A stretch of DNA of 64,000 bases from positions 96,001 to 160,000 of the IMG/VR virus record IMGVR_UViG_3300043570_004127; one strand, 5' to 3'. A program made the translations under genes and the position numbers. This stretch comes from a virus. A model generated the notes under the pieces. That model saw only the letters and a program-made list of their open reading frames with translations. It made no database searches and was not told where the DNA came from. Positions 7,889 to 17,700 of the stretch are shown here, one piece after another; the stretch's first letter is position 1, and every line of letters starts with the position of its first letter.

Positions 7889-8404
7889 GTGAAACTACTT
7901 GGACTAGACCTTTCTCTCACTTCTACTGGGTACTGTTTCGACGGTGAGAGCGGCGTTATCGCCACTGGCCTTTTAGGGACCGAACGTCTCGAAGCAGTAA
8001 AAGATGATATTTCGAATTTATTATTAGCTAATAAAATTGATTGTGTTCTTCTTGAAGGCTACTCATTTGCGTCTCGTAGCGGGCAAGCGTTTTCTATTGG
8101 TGAGCTAGGTGGAGTTATTAGACTTTTGATACACAATCTAGGGATAAATCTCATAGAGATACCCCCAACATGTAGGGCCAAGTTTGCAACAGGAAAAGGG
8201 AACGCCTCCAAGAATGAGGTTATCTCAGCAATATCTGCCCGAACCGGAATCGTGTGGGGGAATCCTGGCGCTGATGATAAATGTGATGCTTGGATTCTTG
8301 AAGAGATGGGTCTTGCTCGTCTCGGCAAACAAAGATATTCTTGGCCAGACGTAAACATGTCTGCTCTGGAGAAGATAGATTGGACTCCTCTCGAAGGGAA
8401 TTAA
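7889..8404 (+). CDS. ruvC: RuvC-like Holliday junction resolvase
   Basis: LGLDLSLTSTG, LLEGY, ELGGVIR, KFATGKGNASK, DxCDA. Confidence 0.85.
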   Translation: MKLLGLDLSLTSTGYCFDGESGVIATGLLGTERLEAVKDDISNLLLANKIDCVLLEGYSFASRSGQAFSIGELGGVIRLLIHNLGINLIEIPPTCRAKFATGKGNASKNEVISAISARTGIVWGNPGADDKCDAWILEEMGLARLGKQRYSWPDVNMSALEKIDWTPLEGN

Positions 8405-8407
8405 TAC

Positions 8408-8746
8408 GTGGACCGCAGCAAACCGATTAGCCAAGTTGACATCGAGCAAGAGCTTCTTCGCCTGATGGATATTTTGGAAAACGAAACAGAAGCATTCGAA
8501 CAACTCGCTGTTGATGCAGCCAAAAAAGAAGCAATGTTCAAGGGTGAATGGGCAAAGCAATACCTTTCCGCAAAGGGTTCAATCAAAGAGCGTGAAGCAT
8601 GGTCGGACTACAAGCTTGCAGACCAGATATTGGATTACAAAATCGCAGAAGGCCTCGTAAAAGCAAAGCGTGAAAAACTTCTTTCATTACGTACGAGCAT
8701 CGATGCACTGCGCACACTGAACGCAAACGTGCGAGCACAAGTATGA
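8408..8746 (+). CDS. Hypothetical coiled-coil protein
   Basis: 112-aa helical ORF coupled to both neighbours. Confidence 0.6.
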   Translation: MDRSKPISQVDIEQELLRLMDILENETEAFEQLAVDAAKKEAMFKGEWAKQYLSAKGSIKEREAWSDYKLADQILDYKIAEGLVKAKREKLLSLRTSIDALRTLNANVRAQV

Positions 8747-9309
8747 GTAAAAAGTATGTAGGACCAGAGTCTATTTCAATTGATGTAAAAACCCTGAACG
8801 AACCGGAGTGGCGAGCCACACATGTTCTCAAACCAGACCTGGAATTACTCCAACAATCAGTAGTTGATTACGGTCTCCTATCACCAATCATCGTCCAAAA
8901 AAAAACACTGCAAATAATCGACGGTTATCATCGTTGGATTATTTTCCGTTCTAATAAAGAAATCATGTCACGACATGAGGGGAAGATTCCTGCTCTCATC
9001 TTTGACATCGACGAGATAGATGCAATGATGATGCACCTGCGGCTAAACCGAGGGCGTGGGAACATATTTGCCAATAACATGTCAAGAATTATCAAAGATG
9101 TCTATTACAGCGAGAAGTATGACATCAACGAAATCCAAGAACTTTTGAACATGAACGTCATTGAAGCAGACATGATGCTCGATGGCTCACTCTTAAAGAG
9201 TAGAAAAGTCAAGGACCATACGTACTCAAAAGCATGGGTTCCAATTGAGGTTCCATCTGGCAAAGTAGAGAAAGCAGTTCTTGAACGACCTCCAAACGTT
9301 GACCGCTAG
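8743..9309 (+). CDS. ParB/Srx-like nuclease-domain protein (IbrB-like)
   Basis: LQQSVVDYGLLSPIIV...IIDGYHRW...LNRGRG. Confidence 0.8.
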   Translation: MSKKYVGPESISIDVKTLNEPEWRATHVLKPDLELLQQSVVDYGLLSPIIVQKKTLQIIDGYHRWIIFRSNKEIMSRHEGKIPALIFDIDEIDAMMMHLRLNRGRGNIFANNMSRIIKDVYYSEKYDINEIQELLNMNVIEADMMLDGSLLKSRKVKDHTYSKAWVPIEVPSGKVEKAVLERPPNVDR

Positions 9310-9364
9310 CAGACGTAAGTAAAATGGTGTAAACTTTGGTAAAACTTGTCCACAGTGAGGTTTT

Positions 9365-9544
9365 ATGCCAACACCAAGCAATGCAACCGATAGCGAACTA
9401 ACGCCTCCTACAAGAGCAAGAATTTTGCCATCCCGAGACAGGAATCAGCGTCCTAGTTTTTTGCGTCGCGCTGCGGCTTCAGGCCTAAATCGTCTAGCTA
9501 ATATTGTTTCGCCACAGCAGCGGCCAGCCGCTGGCACAGCGTAA
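9365..9544 (+). CDS. Small basic protein (59 aa)
   Basis: Hand translation MPTPSNATDSELTPPTRARILPSRDRNQRPSFLRRAAASGLNRLANIVSPQQRPAAGTA, with GAGG RBS and an upstream TAAACT -10. Confidence 0.5.
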   Translation: MPTPSNATDSELTPPTRARILPSRDRNQRPSFLRRAAASGLNRLANIVSPQQRPAAGTA

Positions 9545-9557
9545 AAGGTAATTCTAC

Positions 9558-10433
9558 ATGCTCGATACAACGGAAATGCTCGTTTCCGACAATGACCTCA
9601 GCATATATATGGATATATCTTTTTCCATGCGTCAGAAGGACGCGGCGGAGTTTGTCCTAAAGGGTCTACAGATGGAATTAGAAGCTTACCTAGGTAGGCC
9701 GGTAAGGCCTCAGGATTTTACGGAGAGCCATGTCATACCAAGCTCCTACGTTGGAATTCCTGCAACATCCTTCTTCTATGATTCAAGTCTTAACTCAACT
9801 GGGGAGAGCCTTAATTATTTAATGCCCGCAATAAATATTTCCTTGAGGAATACTCCAGTTATTAAAGTGACAGAAGTTAAGTTTAGAAATATTGCTGCCC
9901 CATATCAATTAATGGGCGAAGCTGTGACCCGTACCTGCGACATAACCGCCGCTCAACAAACTTCTGCATCAGTAACATACACATCGACCGGACACAGTCT
10001 AACGGTTGGTCAAACAGTGTCGATTAAAAACACAACTCCCTCAACATACAATCTTTCAAATAAACAGATAGTCTCCATAACATCAAATACTTTTACAGTT
10101 GCTGAAGTTGTTGGTTCGCTCGGTACTTATGTTAGTGGTGGTGTTGCAACAGCAACAGGAAATGATTATGTCGTTCATCGTTACGGTCTTGAGCTTTTTA
10201 GGGGATTTGCCAACGATATAGTTGATGTCACTTATCGCGGAGGCCTCGAAGGCGACATACAGGAAATGTTCAAGCTAATGATTCTTCGCGCTGCAACACG
10301 TGAAATGCAAAACATGCATGACGACGTTGTTGGTATAAAAGATTTGAATTCCAGGAACGTTGCTCCGCTTGAGACTGGATTCCTGGAAAAAGAACTAAAT
10401 GCTATGAAAACTTACAGGCGAAGAAGAATTTAA
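9558..10433 (+). CDS. Head-tail connector/adaptor with an inserted small beta domain
   Basis: ELEAYLGR N-terminus, VDVTYRGG, basic C-terminus YRRRRI. First gene of the neck module. Confidence 0.7.
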   Translation: MLDTTEMLVSDNDLSIYMDISFSMRQKDAAEFVLKGLQMELEAYLGRPVRPQDFTESHVIPSSYVGIPATSFFYDSSLNSTGESLNYLMPAINISLRNTPVIKVTEVKFRNIAAPYQLMGEAVTRTCDITAAQQTSASVTYTSTGHSLTVGQTVSIKNTTPSTYNLSNKQIVSITSNTFTVAEVVGSLGTYVSGGVATATGNDYVVHRYGLELFRGFANDIVDVTYRGGLEGDIQEMFKLMILRAATREMQNMHDDVVGIKDLNSRNVAPLETGFLEKELNAMKTYRRRRI

Positions 10434-10894
10434 TGGCTGAAACAGAAATCAAAATCTCCACACGGGGACTGGGGTCGATGATTGCTAGCCTAGAAAAAAA
10501 AATAGTTAGAGCACAGGATTTTGCTCCAATTTTTCCAAAGGCAAAGGCAGAAATTGCTTTATCAACTGCCGCAAACTTTACATCCAATGGTCTCTTGGTT
10601 GGCGGGTGGTCTCCTCTTGACGCACAGTACGGCGCCTGGAAGATGACTCGTTTTCCCGGAGCACCACCAATGGTTCGTACTGGAAGATTGTTTGCAAGTT
10701 TGACATCTCAGAATATGGCGTCTGTAAACATTGCCCCAAAATCATTTACCATTGGGACAAACGTCGAGTATGCAAAGTTTCACCAATATGGAACTTCCAA
10801 AATGGCAAAGAGAAAAATACTTTTTGTTCCTGCGGAGTTTTCTGCAAAGTTTGCAAACGATGCCGCCAAATGGGTTAACTCAGGAAACATCTAA
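10433..10894 (+). CDS. Virion morphogenesis / tail completion protein (Mu gpG / P2 gpS-like)
   Basis: WSPL...RTGRLFASL...IGTNVEYAKFHQYGT.KMAKR. Confidence 0.8.
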   Translation: MAETEIKISTRGLGSMIASLEKKIVRAQDFAPIFPKAKAEIALSTAANFTSNGLLVGGWSPLDAQYGAWKMTRFPGAPPMVRTGRLFASLTSQNMASVNIAPKSFTIGTNVEYAKFHQYGTSKMAKRKILFVPAEFSAKFANDAAKWVNSGNI

Positions 10895-11541
10895 TGGAAC
10901 CAGCCGAGTTGATGTATGGGGCTCAGTTTGCAAAAAAGTTTGTAACCGACTACCTAAAAACCGATATCCCAAATCGATTGGTCATGTACAGAAACGGCTG
11001 GAACCTTGACGACATTGTTCTACCCAATCCTGAATCATATTTGACATATGAGCCTCTTGCCCTTGATGCGTGGCCCACGATAATTACAGTGGTTCTTTCA
11101 ACCAAGACCTTCGATAGGCGTGGTTTTGCAAATGGCCTAGACCCTCTTTATAGAGTTGTATACGGTATGAGAACATACGTATGGGTCCGCACGGAGGGTT
11201 CTGAGCAGACAACCGATATGCGCGACAGATTGACCACCGTTGTCCGCTCCGCACTCCTTGACTACCCGTGCCTTCAGAGGGATGGGGCTGACAGGGAGGC
11301 AATGATTGACGAATCTACGGTTGGCGAAGAATTTTCGGATTTAACCCTTCTCAAAGGTGACAGAGTTCTTGCGGGAGCATATATCGCCTACGACCTAGCA
11401 ATAGACGAAGTCATAGCCAGACAGAATATTGCCGATGAAGTGACGAGATTTGAATTTGAGGTGGGACAAAACCCACTCTCTACGGCGATTTCCGGAATCA
11501 CAAACTTTGACGGAACTCCGGTTTCTATATCTGCAGACTGA
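10894..11541 (+). CDS. Putative tail terminator / neck protein
   Basis: Position just before the sheath and size; no specific motif recognised. Confidence 0.5.
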   Translation: MEPAELMYGAQFAKKFVTDYLKTDIPNRLVMYRNGWNLDDIVLPNPESYLTYEPLALDAWPTIITVVLSTKTFDRRGFANGLDPLYRVVYGMRTYVWVRTEGSEQTTDMRDRLTTVVRSALLDYPCLQRDGADREAMIDESTVGEEFSDLTLLKGDRVLAGAYIAYDLAIDEVIARQNIADEVTRFEFEVGQNPLSTAISGITNFDGTPVSISAD

Positions 11542-11542
11542 C

Positions 11543-11908
11543 ATGGACGATAGTTTCTTTCAACCACTAGACAACTATACAGAAAAACTGGATAGCTCAT
11601 ATTCCGACTGCGTCCAAATACAGAATTTATCTGGGGGAATACTTCAGGCCGTAGAGGGCATTTATATGAGAAACTATTCATTCGGACTTGTTTCTAAAAG
11701 CAACAAGAATATCGAAAAGTTTTTAAAGCAAAGAAAAATAAAAGTCTATGAATTCTCTGTGGTGAAAGCTGCAAAGAAAAAGAAAACTGAAGAAAAAAAG
11801 AAGATTGAGATGCCCCCAGCAGAAAAATCAGGACAAAGCATTGACATCGGTAATTTAACAGCACTATTTACCAAAGAAGAAAGCAACAAAAATCAAGACG
11901 AGATTTAA
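11543..11908 (+). CDS. Hypothetical protein with a Lys/Glu-rich C-terminus
   Basis: ATG 11543 directly after the upstream stop. Confidence 0.5.
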   Translation: MDDSFFQPLDNYTEKLDSSYSDCVQIQNLSGGILQAVEGIYMRNYSFGLVSKSNKNIEKFLKQRKIKVYEFSVVKAAKKKKTEEKKKIEMPPAEKSGQSIDIGNLTALFTKEESNKNQDEI

Positions 11909-12008
11909 GCGTTCCGGTTAAAACGTACGCCAAAATCAAGCTGCGAGTAGTTATACTCTCAGTAGTCTCATAACAAATAGTTCCGATTTAAATGGGACGG
12001 AGGAAACA

Positions 12009-13469
12009 ATGCCAGGCATAATTGTAACCACATCAGTTCGTACGGGTCCAACAAACACTCAGACAGCAGCGACCGCGACAATGTTCGTAGTCGGTGTAAC
12101 AGAGCGCGGGCCAGATGGCACCTCGCATCTTGTTACCAGCATCTCTGACTTCCAAGATATTTTTGGTGGTTACGTTTCGGATGGCTGGACATACCAAACT
12201 ATTGAAACATTCTTCGAAGAAGGTGGCGCACGTGCATACGTGTCACGTGTCGTCGATGAAAGCGCAGTAGAGGCAAGTATCGATTTGTCGGTTTCGGGCA
12301 GCGTTGCTGTAAGCCTTTTGGCATCAGGAACCGGAACATGGGCAAACACATCAGCCCTTGGTGGGTTGACCGCGCAAGTGACGCACCCATCTGCTACGAC
12401 TTTCAAGGTATTGATTGCTCTGAATGGAACACAAGTTTTCGCCAGTCAGTCACACACATCGATTGCAAACTTTGTCGAGGAAATAAACAACAACTCAACC
12501 GCAGCCTTGTACCTGACAGCTTCTGCTGGAACTACAACCACTAGACCTGCGGTAATGGCTGCAACAGCTTTCTCTGGTGGAACAAACGGTTCAGCACTTG
12601 TTGATGCAGATGTTGTAACAGCGCTTAACACTTTTACATCGAACCTTGGACCAGGCTCTGTCTGTGCTCCAGGATTCACATCGACAGCAGTTCGTACTGC
12701 CCTTCTCGACCATGCAGAAGATAACAACCGTATCGCGCTCATGGGATTTGACAAGGAAGACACGGCTTCACAGGCAATCGCGGACGTGACTGATTTCTCG
12801 GGTCTGGCAAATGCCCAGTTTGGTGCATTCTTCTACCCATGGGTAAAGATTCCAAACGGAACTCTCACTTCGGTGATTCCACCAGAGGGATACGTCGCTG
12901 GAAAACGCGCACAGGTGCAAAATCAGTTCGGTGCATGGAATCCGTACGCTGGCGAAAGAACAGAATCAGATTTCGTAACCGGGCTTTATACATCGCTTTC
13001 GAAGTCCGAGGCTGACGCGCTCGATGCCGGTTTCGTTAACCCAATCAGAGTAATTAACGGCACCGTACGTGTTTATGGTGCTCGTTCGGCCTCTGATGAC
13101 ACCGACAACTACAGATTCATCATGGCTCGCGAAGTTCTTAACCAGATTACGTACGAAGCAGAACAGGCTCTTGAAGCACTGTTGTTCTTGCCAATCGACG
13201 GACGTCGGTCAACTTTCTCGCGAGTTGCTGCAACGCTCACCGCAATCATGGACAGAATCCGCATTGGCGGTGGCCTCTATGAAGCATTCGGTGCAGATGG
13301 AAAACAAATCGACCCTGGCTACACAGTTCAGGTTAATGAAGCGAACAACCCGCTTACCCAGCTTGCAACTGGTGTCATCAAGGCGAAAGTTGGAGCAAGA
13401 GTCTCCTCGATTGGTGACACAATTGAAGTAGAAATTACAAAGTCCAATCTAACGGCGACGTTGGTATAG
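12009..13469 (+). CDS. Contractile tail sheath protein
   Basis: MPGI, GVTERGP, FFEEGG.RAYVSRV, FYPW, PP.GYVAG, VNPI..VYGARS. Strong GGAGG RBS. Confidence 0.92.
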   Translation: MPGIIVTTSVRTGPTNTQTAATATMFVVGVTERGPDGTSHLVTSISDFQDIFGGYVSDGWTYQTIETFFEEGGARAYVSRVVDESAVEASIDLSVSGSVAVSLLASGTGTWANTSALGGLTAQVTHPSATTFKVLIALNGTQVFASQSHTSIANFVEEINNNSTAALYLTASAGTTTTRPAVMAATAFSGGTNGSALVDADVVTALNTFTSNLGPGSVCAPGFTSTAVRTALLDHAEDNNRIALMGFDKEDTASQAIADVTDFSGLANAQFGAFFYPWVKIPNGTLTSVIPPEGYVAGKRAQVQNQFGAWNPYAGERTESDFVTGLYTSLSKSEADALDAGFVNPIRVINGTVRVYGARSASDDTDNYRFIMAREVLNQITYEAEQALEALLFLPIDGRRSTFSRVAATLTAIMDRIRIGGGLYEAFGADGKQIDPGYTVQVNEANNPLTQLATGVIKAKVGARVSSIGDTIEVEITKSNLTATLV

Positions 13470-13485
13470 GTTCACGGAGGAATAT

Positions 13486-13932
13486 ATGGCATCAGGTAAA
13501 TTAGCTCAGAGGCAAATAATTGCCGAAATCACACCCCTTGCGGGTGGTGACGTAGTGGGTCCAGCCCTTTCCGGATACTTTGCACAGGTATCTGGTGGCG
13601 AAATCACGGCCGCCGTTGAAAAGATTTACGTCGGTGGAACACCGTTCCCCGAAGTACTTTGCGCCCCTTCAGAAGTCGGCGACATGACCCTCACTAGGCA
13701 TTACGATACAGACCTTCGAACCATCATGAAGGACCTCCGCCTTGTTGTCGGTCGTGCGTACTACGAATTGAAGATTTACGACACAGACTGCGACCTTAAA
13801 AACTCACAGTCAGAGCGCATTTATTCCAAGGTTCTTTTGACGGGTCTTTCGGAACCAGAAGGTGATGCATCAAGCGGTGCACCAGCAACCATCGCGTTGA
13901 CCTTCGCTGTTTCTGGCGCTCCAACTCAATAA
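13486..13932 (+). CDS. Tail tube protein
   Basis: Follows the sheath. FAQVSGGEI and GDMTLTR are gp19-like. Confidence 0.8.
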   Translation: MASGKLAQRQIIAEITPLAGGDVVGPALSGYFAQVSGGEITAAVEKIYVGGTPFPEVLCAPSEVGDMTLTRHYDTDLRTIMKDLRLVVGRAYYELKIYDTDCDLKNSQSERIYSKVLLTGLSEPEGDASSGAPATIALTFAVSGAPTQ

Positions 13933-13979
13933 GTATTGACATCCGCCACTAAGGGCATAGCCCTGATAGTGTTGCGGCC

Positions 13980-14489
13980 ATGACAAACTTCTACCAAGAA
14001 CAAAACGAACTGTCCAAGCCTGCTCCATCTTTCGACGGAGCTGACGAAAATGTGCTTGACGCACTTAAAGCTGTTATCTCCAAAAAGGTACAGCGGAACG
14101 AAATATTCATCAACGTTCCAGAGCGTCCGGGCGTCACACTGTTGATTAGTCCGAATATCACGCAGAACCAAATCAAAGCGTGGCAAAAGAATTCCGGCTC
14201 GGAGTCCAAGAACGGTATTGATGCAACCAAGTTTGCATGTCAAGTCATTGGTCATACAACAAAAGGCATCTTCCTCAATGGCGAAGAAGTCCTTGAAGAT
14301 GGCAAGTCGCTCGGCTTTGCATCTCCAGCCGTACTCAAGATGACTGGTGCTGCACGCGCACTCCCAGATGGTGTTCAAATGTTTTTCGGTCTCGACCCAC
14401 ACGTCGAGTCTGCTGCTCTTGCAATCATTGATGCTGCAGGTTACGGTGACACCGTAGAACAGCAAGAAAACCCCTCGAATCAGTCCTAG
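13980..14489 (+). CDS. Tail assembly chaperone (G)
   Basis: Between tube and tape measure; ends ENP at a slippery site. Confidence 0.75.
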   Translation: MTNFYQEQNELSKPAPSFDGADENVLDALKAVISKKVQRNEIFINVPERPGVTLLISPNITQNQIKAWQKNSGSESKNGIDATKFACQVIGHTTKGIFLNGEEVLEDGKSLGFASPAVLKMTGAARALPDGVQMFFGLDPHVESAALAIIDAAGYGDTVEQQENPSNQS

Positions 14490-14665
14490 AAGAATTAAGC
14501 GAAGACACGCGCATTCAGACGGCTGCGCGTCTAGGTGAGGTTTTCGGTACAGACCCAATAAAACTACTCAATTGCTCGTTCGAGGAATGGGTAATTAGGC
14601 TTGCTTGTGCTAAAGTTGTTCAAGAAGACCGCGAGGCAGCCGAGAGAAAATCTAACGGCTTCTAG
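14468..14665 (+). CDS. -1 frameshift extension of the tail chaperone (GT)
   Basis: Slippery heptamer A AAC CCC (14468-74). The -1 frame is open to TAG 14665 (..VLEELSEDTRIQTAARLGEVFGTDPIKLL...) and has no ATG of its own. Confidence 0.75.
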   Translation, partial: KPLESVLEELSEDTRIQTAARLGEVFGTDPIKLLNCSFEEWVIRLACAKVVQEDREAAERKSNGF

Positions 14666-14700
14666 TGTGTCGCAGATATTTATCTAAGGCATAAGAGACT

Positions 14701-17700
14701 ATGGCAGCTGACGAACGCGCAACGATAACTATTGACGTAGACGTCAAAAATCTGAATAGGCTTCAGCAGGTTACCGCTGCGCTTGAAGCAATGGGCGTCG
14801 CATCCGAAGTAAACGCCGCTAAGTTCGGCAATCTTACGGGAGCAATGACTGGTCACTCAAGGGCATCAAATAAAGCATCAAAAGATTCACAAAGACTATA
14901 CGAGAAAATAAGCATACTCGACAAAGTAAGCATGCAATTTACTAAACAAGCGCGAAAGTTGATGCTTGGAGTAATGGCTATGAGCATTGAATTCGGCGTA
15001 TCTGCTCTCGCCTTGGCCTCAGTCAACGCACTGTTCGTTATAGGAAAAGTTCTTGTAAAGAGCTATCAACTTGCAATGCAGGGACTGGCCGCAGGTCTCG
15101 CATCGGTTGGCGTTGCCGCTATTGCCGCCGCCGCTGCGTTTAGCGAAATGCAAACAGCTCAATTCGCATTTAGATACTCGAGCGATTCAACGACTAATTC
15201 AATGGATAAATCCTCGCTCGCGCTCAGAGGTTTATACAAGGACACTCAGTTAAACATCTACGGCATGAAAGCTCTTTCTGCAGCATTTGCTGGAGTGAGC
15301 AAGAATTCTACGTTTACTGCTGGTTCGCAAAAGATGCTCCAGGGTTTTTCAGATTTTATTGCATCAAGTGGTGACCCAACGAAAGCGATGCAGGCAGCAG
15401 CTAATGCTATTGGTTTAATCCAGAAAAAACAAACTGGAACGTCAAAGCAGATGTCCACAGAAGCAATTAATGCAATCAAACAAATAAACCCAGCTTTGGC
15501 TGATTTGGCCAAAAAGGGTGGTGGTGGATTTGGCAATAAAGATAAATTTATTGAGGCTTTGCTTGATGGTTCACTTGCAGAAAAATCTGGTGTTGCTGGT
15601 GCTGCATCCAATGTTGCCGGAACACTTTTCGCCCAATTCAAAAGCTACCTAACAAGTTCTTTTGTTGAATTAGCAGATGTTGGTAAGCGTGTGCTTGAAC
15701 CAGTCAAGAAGGCAATGCATGCAATATTTACTAGCTTGACCAAGAATTTTAGACGGATTAGTTCTGACCTTGTAGCTTTTGGTCAAGGACCATTCCTCAA
15801 GTCACTCGTTACTGCTGTTGACAAGCTCGGCGAGTTTGCAGTCATGCTTATCAGGAAGGTCCTTCCCACAACTGAGGGTTTCTCTAAAAGGATAAGCGGA
15901 ATCTTTTATCAGTTACAAAGATATTTTTATCAGGTTACAACATCGTTGGACAAAATGCGTGACGGTGGGACCATTGTTATCAAAACTTTTGGTGAACCAA
16001 TACTCGAAATATTTAAACAGATTGGTAAAAGTGCTCGAAACATCGGGGAGCTAGCGGTGAAGCACAAGGATAGCTTCCTTAAATTCGGAGAAGCCCTAAA
16101 AAATATTGTTGTTGGATTTTTTGATTTATCAAAAACTTTTAAAGAAGCATTTACTGGAGCCTTGCCGGTTATCACAACCGTCCTTAACGCTATTGCAAAA
16201 ATAGTTTCGGCGGTGAACAAAGTTTTTGGAATGCTAACGGGTCCCAACAACCCAATAGGTTCTGCTATAGGAATATTCGCAATGGGCGGAATGGCGCTTA
16301 AAGGTACCAGAGCTGCACAAAGGAAAAGGAGATATTCGGGAAGTGGTGGTGGTGGTATTCCTGGATACAACGAAGTCAGCGAAATGGACTGGGCTGCTAG
16401 AGGACTGCCAATGCCCAGCAATGCAAGCGGAGCAGCAACCGCAGCAGGTGGTGGAACATCCCTAAGCGGTGCAATGGCCGTAGCCGCAAGTGCTGCATCA
16501 GAAGCTCTAACAACAGGTCTTGCCCCTGGAATAGGTTCTGTTACTGGTGCTTCCAATGCAGCTGCAACAGCATTAAACAAACTCGCAACCACGGCAAGCG
16601 GAGCATCAATGAAGGGCGGCATGAAGGGTGGGTCGGTCGATGACTATGGATACATCGAAAAGATGCCTACGCGTTTGCCTGGACAATCACAAGCCGACTA
16701 CATGCGAGATAGAACAAGATACATAATGAATAATAGGGGCGACGACTTACGTGACCTTGAATCTCGCGGTCCCCTATACGAACCATTGATTGCACCAGAT
16801 GGACGAGTTGGTAGTGGAGGAGGGAGAACTCCACAAATAAACCGCGGTCAAAGATATGACTCATTTGGATTACCAATTGCTGGGGGCGCAGCGACAACCA
16901 GAGAGCAATACAAATCTCAACGGTTTGATATAAGCAAAAAATCAGATGCTTTTGCACGCTTACTGGGTTATAGCGACACTACCGCTGGACGCGCAGCTGA
17001 CAGCCTGTGGAATTCGCCCGAATTTTTGAACTCTGCAGCTCAAGACAGTATGACCAGAAGTCAAAAATTGATGTCATTTTTACGTCCTAAGGGCAAGAGG
17101 GCATCTGACCTATATGCGGAAACTAAAGGTGGTCTGAAATCATTTTTGCCAAACACGGGCGCAACGATGAAAGGTCAGGCTCTACAAGTAAAAGACACCT
17201 TAAAGAATTCCCCACAAGCGCTTAAGTCATTTTGGAGAGGTTCTGGTGGCGGGATAACTGGAGCAATGTCAGGTGGCGGCACAACTGGTGCATCTGCGGC
17301 CGCTGGTGGAGGTCGAGTGATTAATGCTGGTCCAGGAAGTATCAGGGACATTGGACTGAAGGGGAAGCTTGGATACTTGGGAGGTAGAACCTTATTTGGT
17401 CAAGGGTATAAAGGCGGAACCTTCGGTACAGAACTGAAGAATTTGGTCACCGGCAAGAACATGAGAGACCGTTATCAAATGTCTCTAGCTAATCAGCAAG
17501 CTGTTTTTGCGAAGAATAATCCAGAAGCCGCTGCAGCAGGCGTAAAGATGCAGGGCAGCAGACTGAAGGCAATGAAGGCTGCAACAAAAGCAAATCTCAG
17601 CGGCCTTGGTGGTATGGGTGCAATGGCTGCTGGTTACGCGGCTAGCAGATTTGGCAATGAAGAAAATATGGGCGCTCTGCAAGCTGGTGCTGGAATGATG

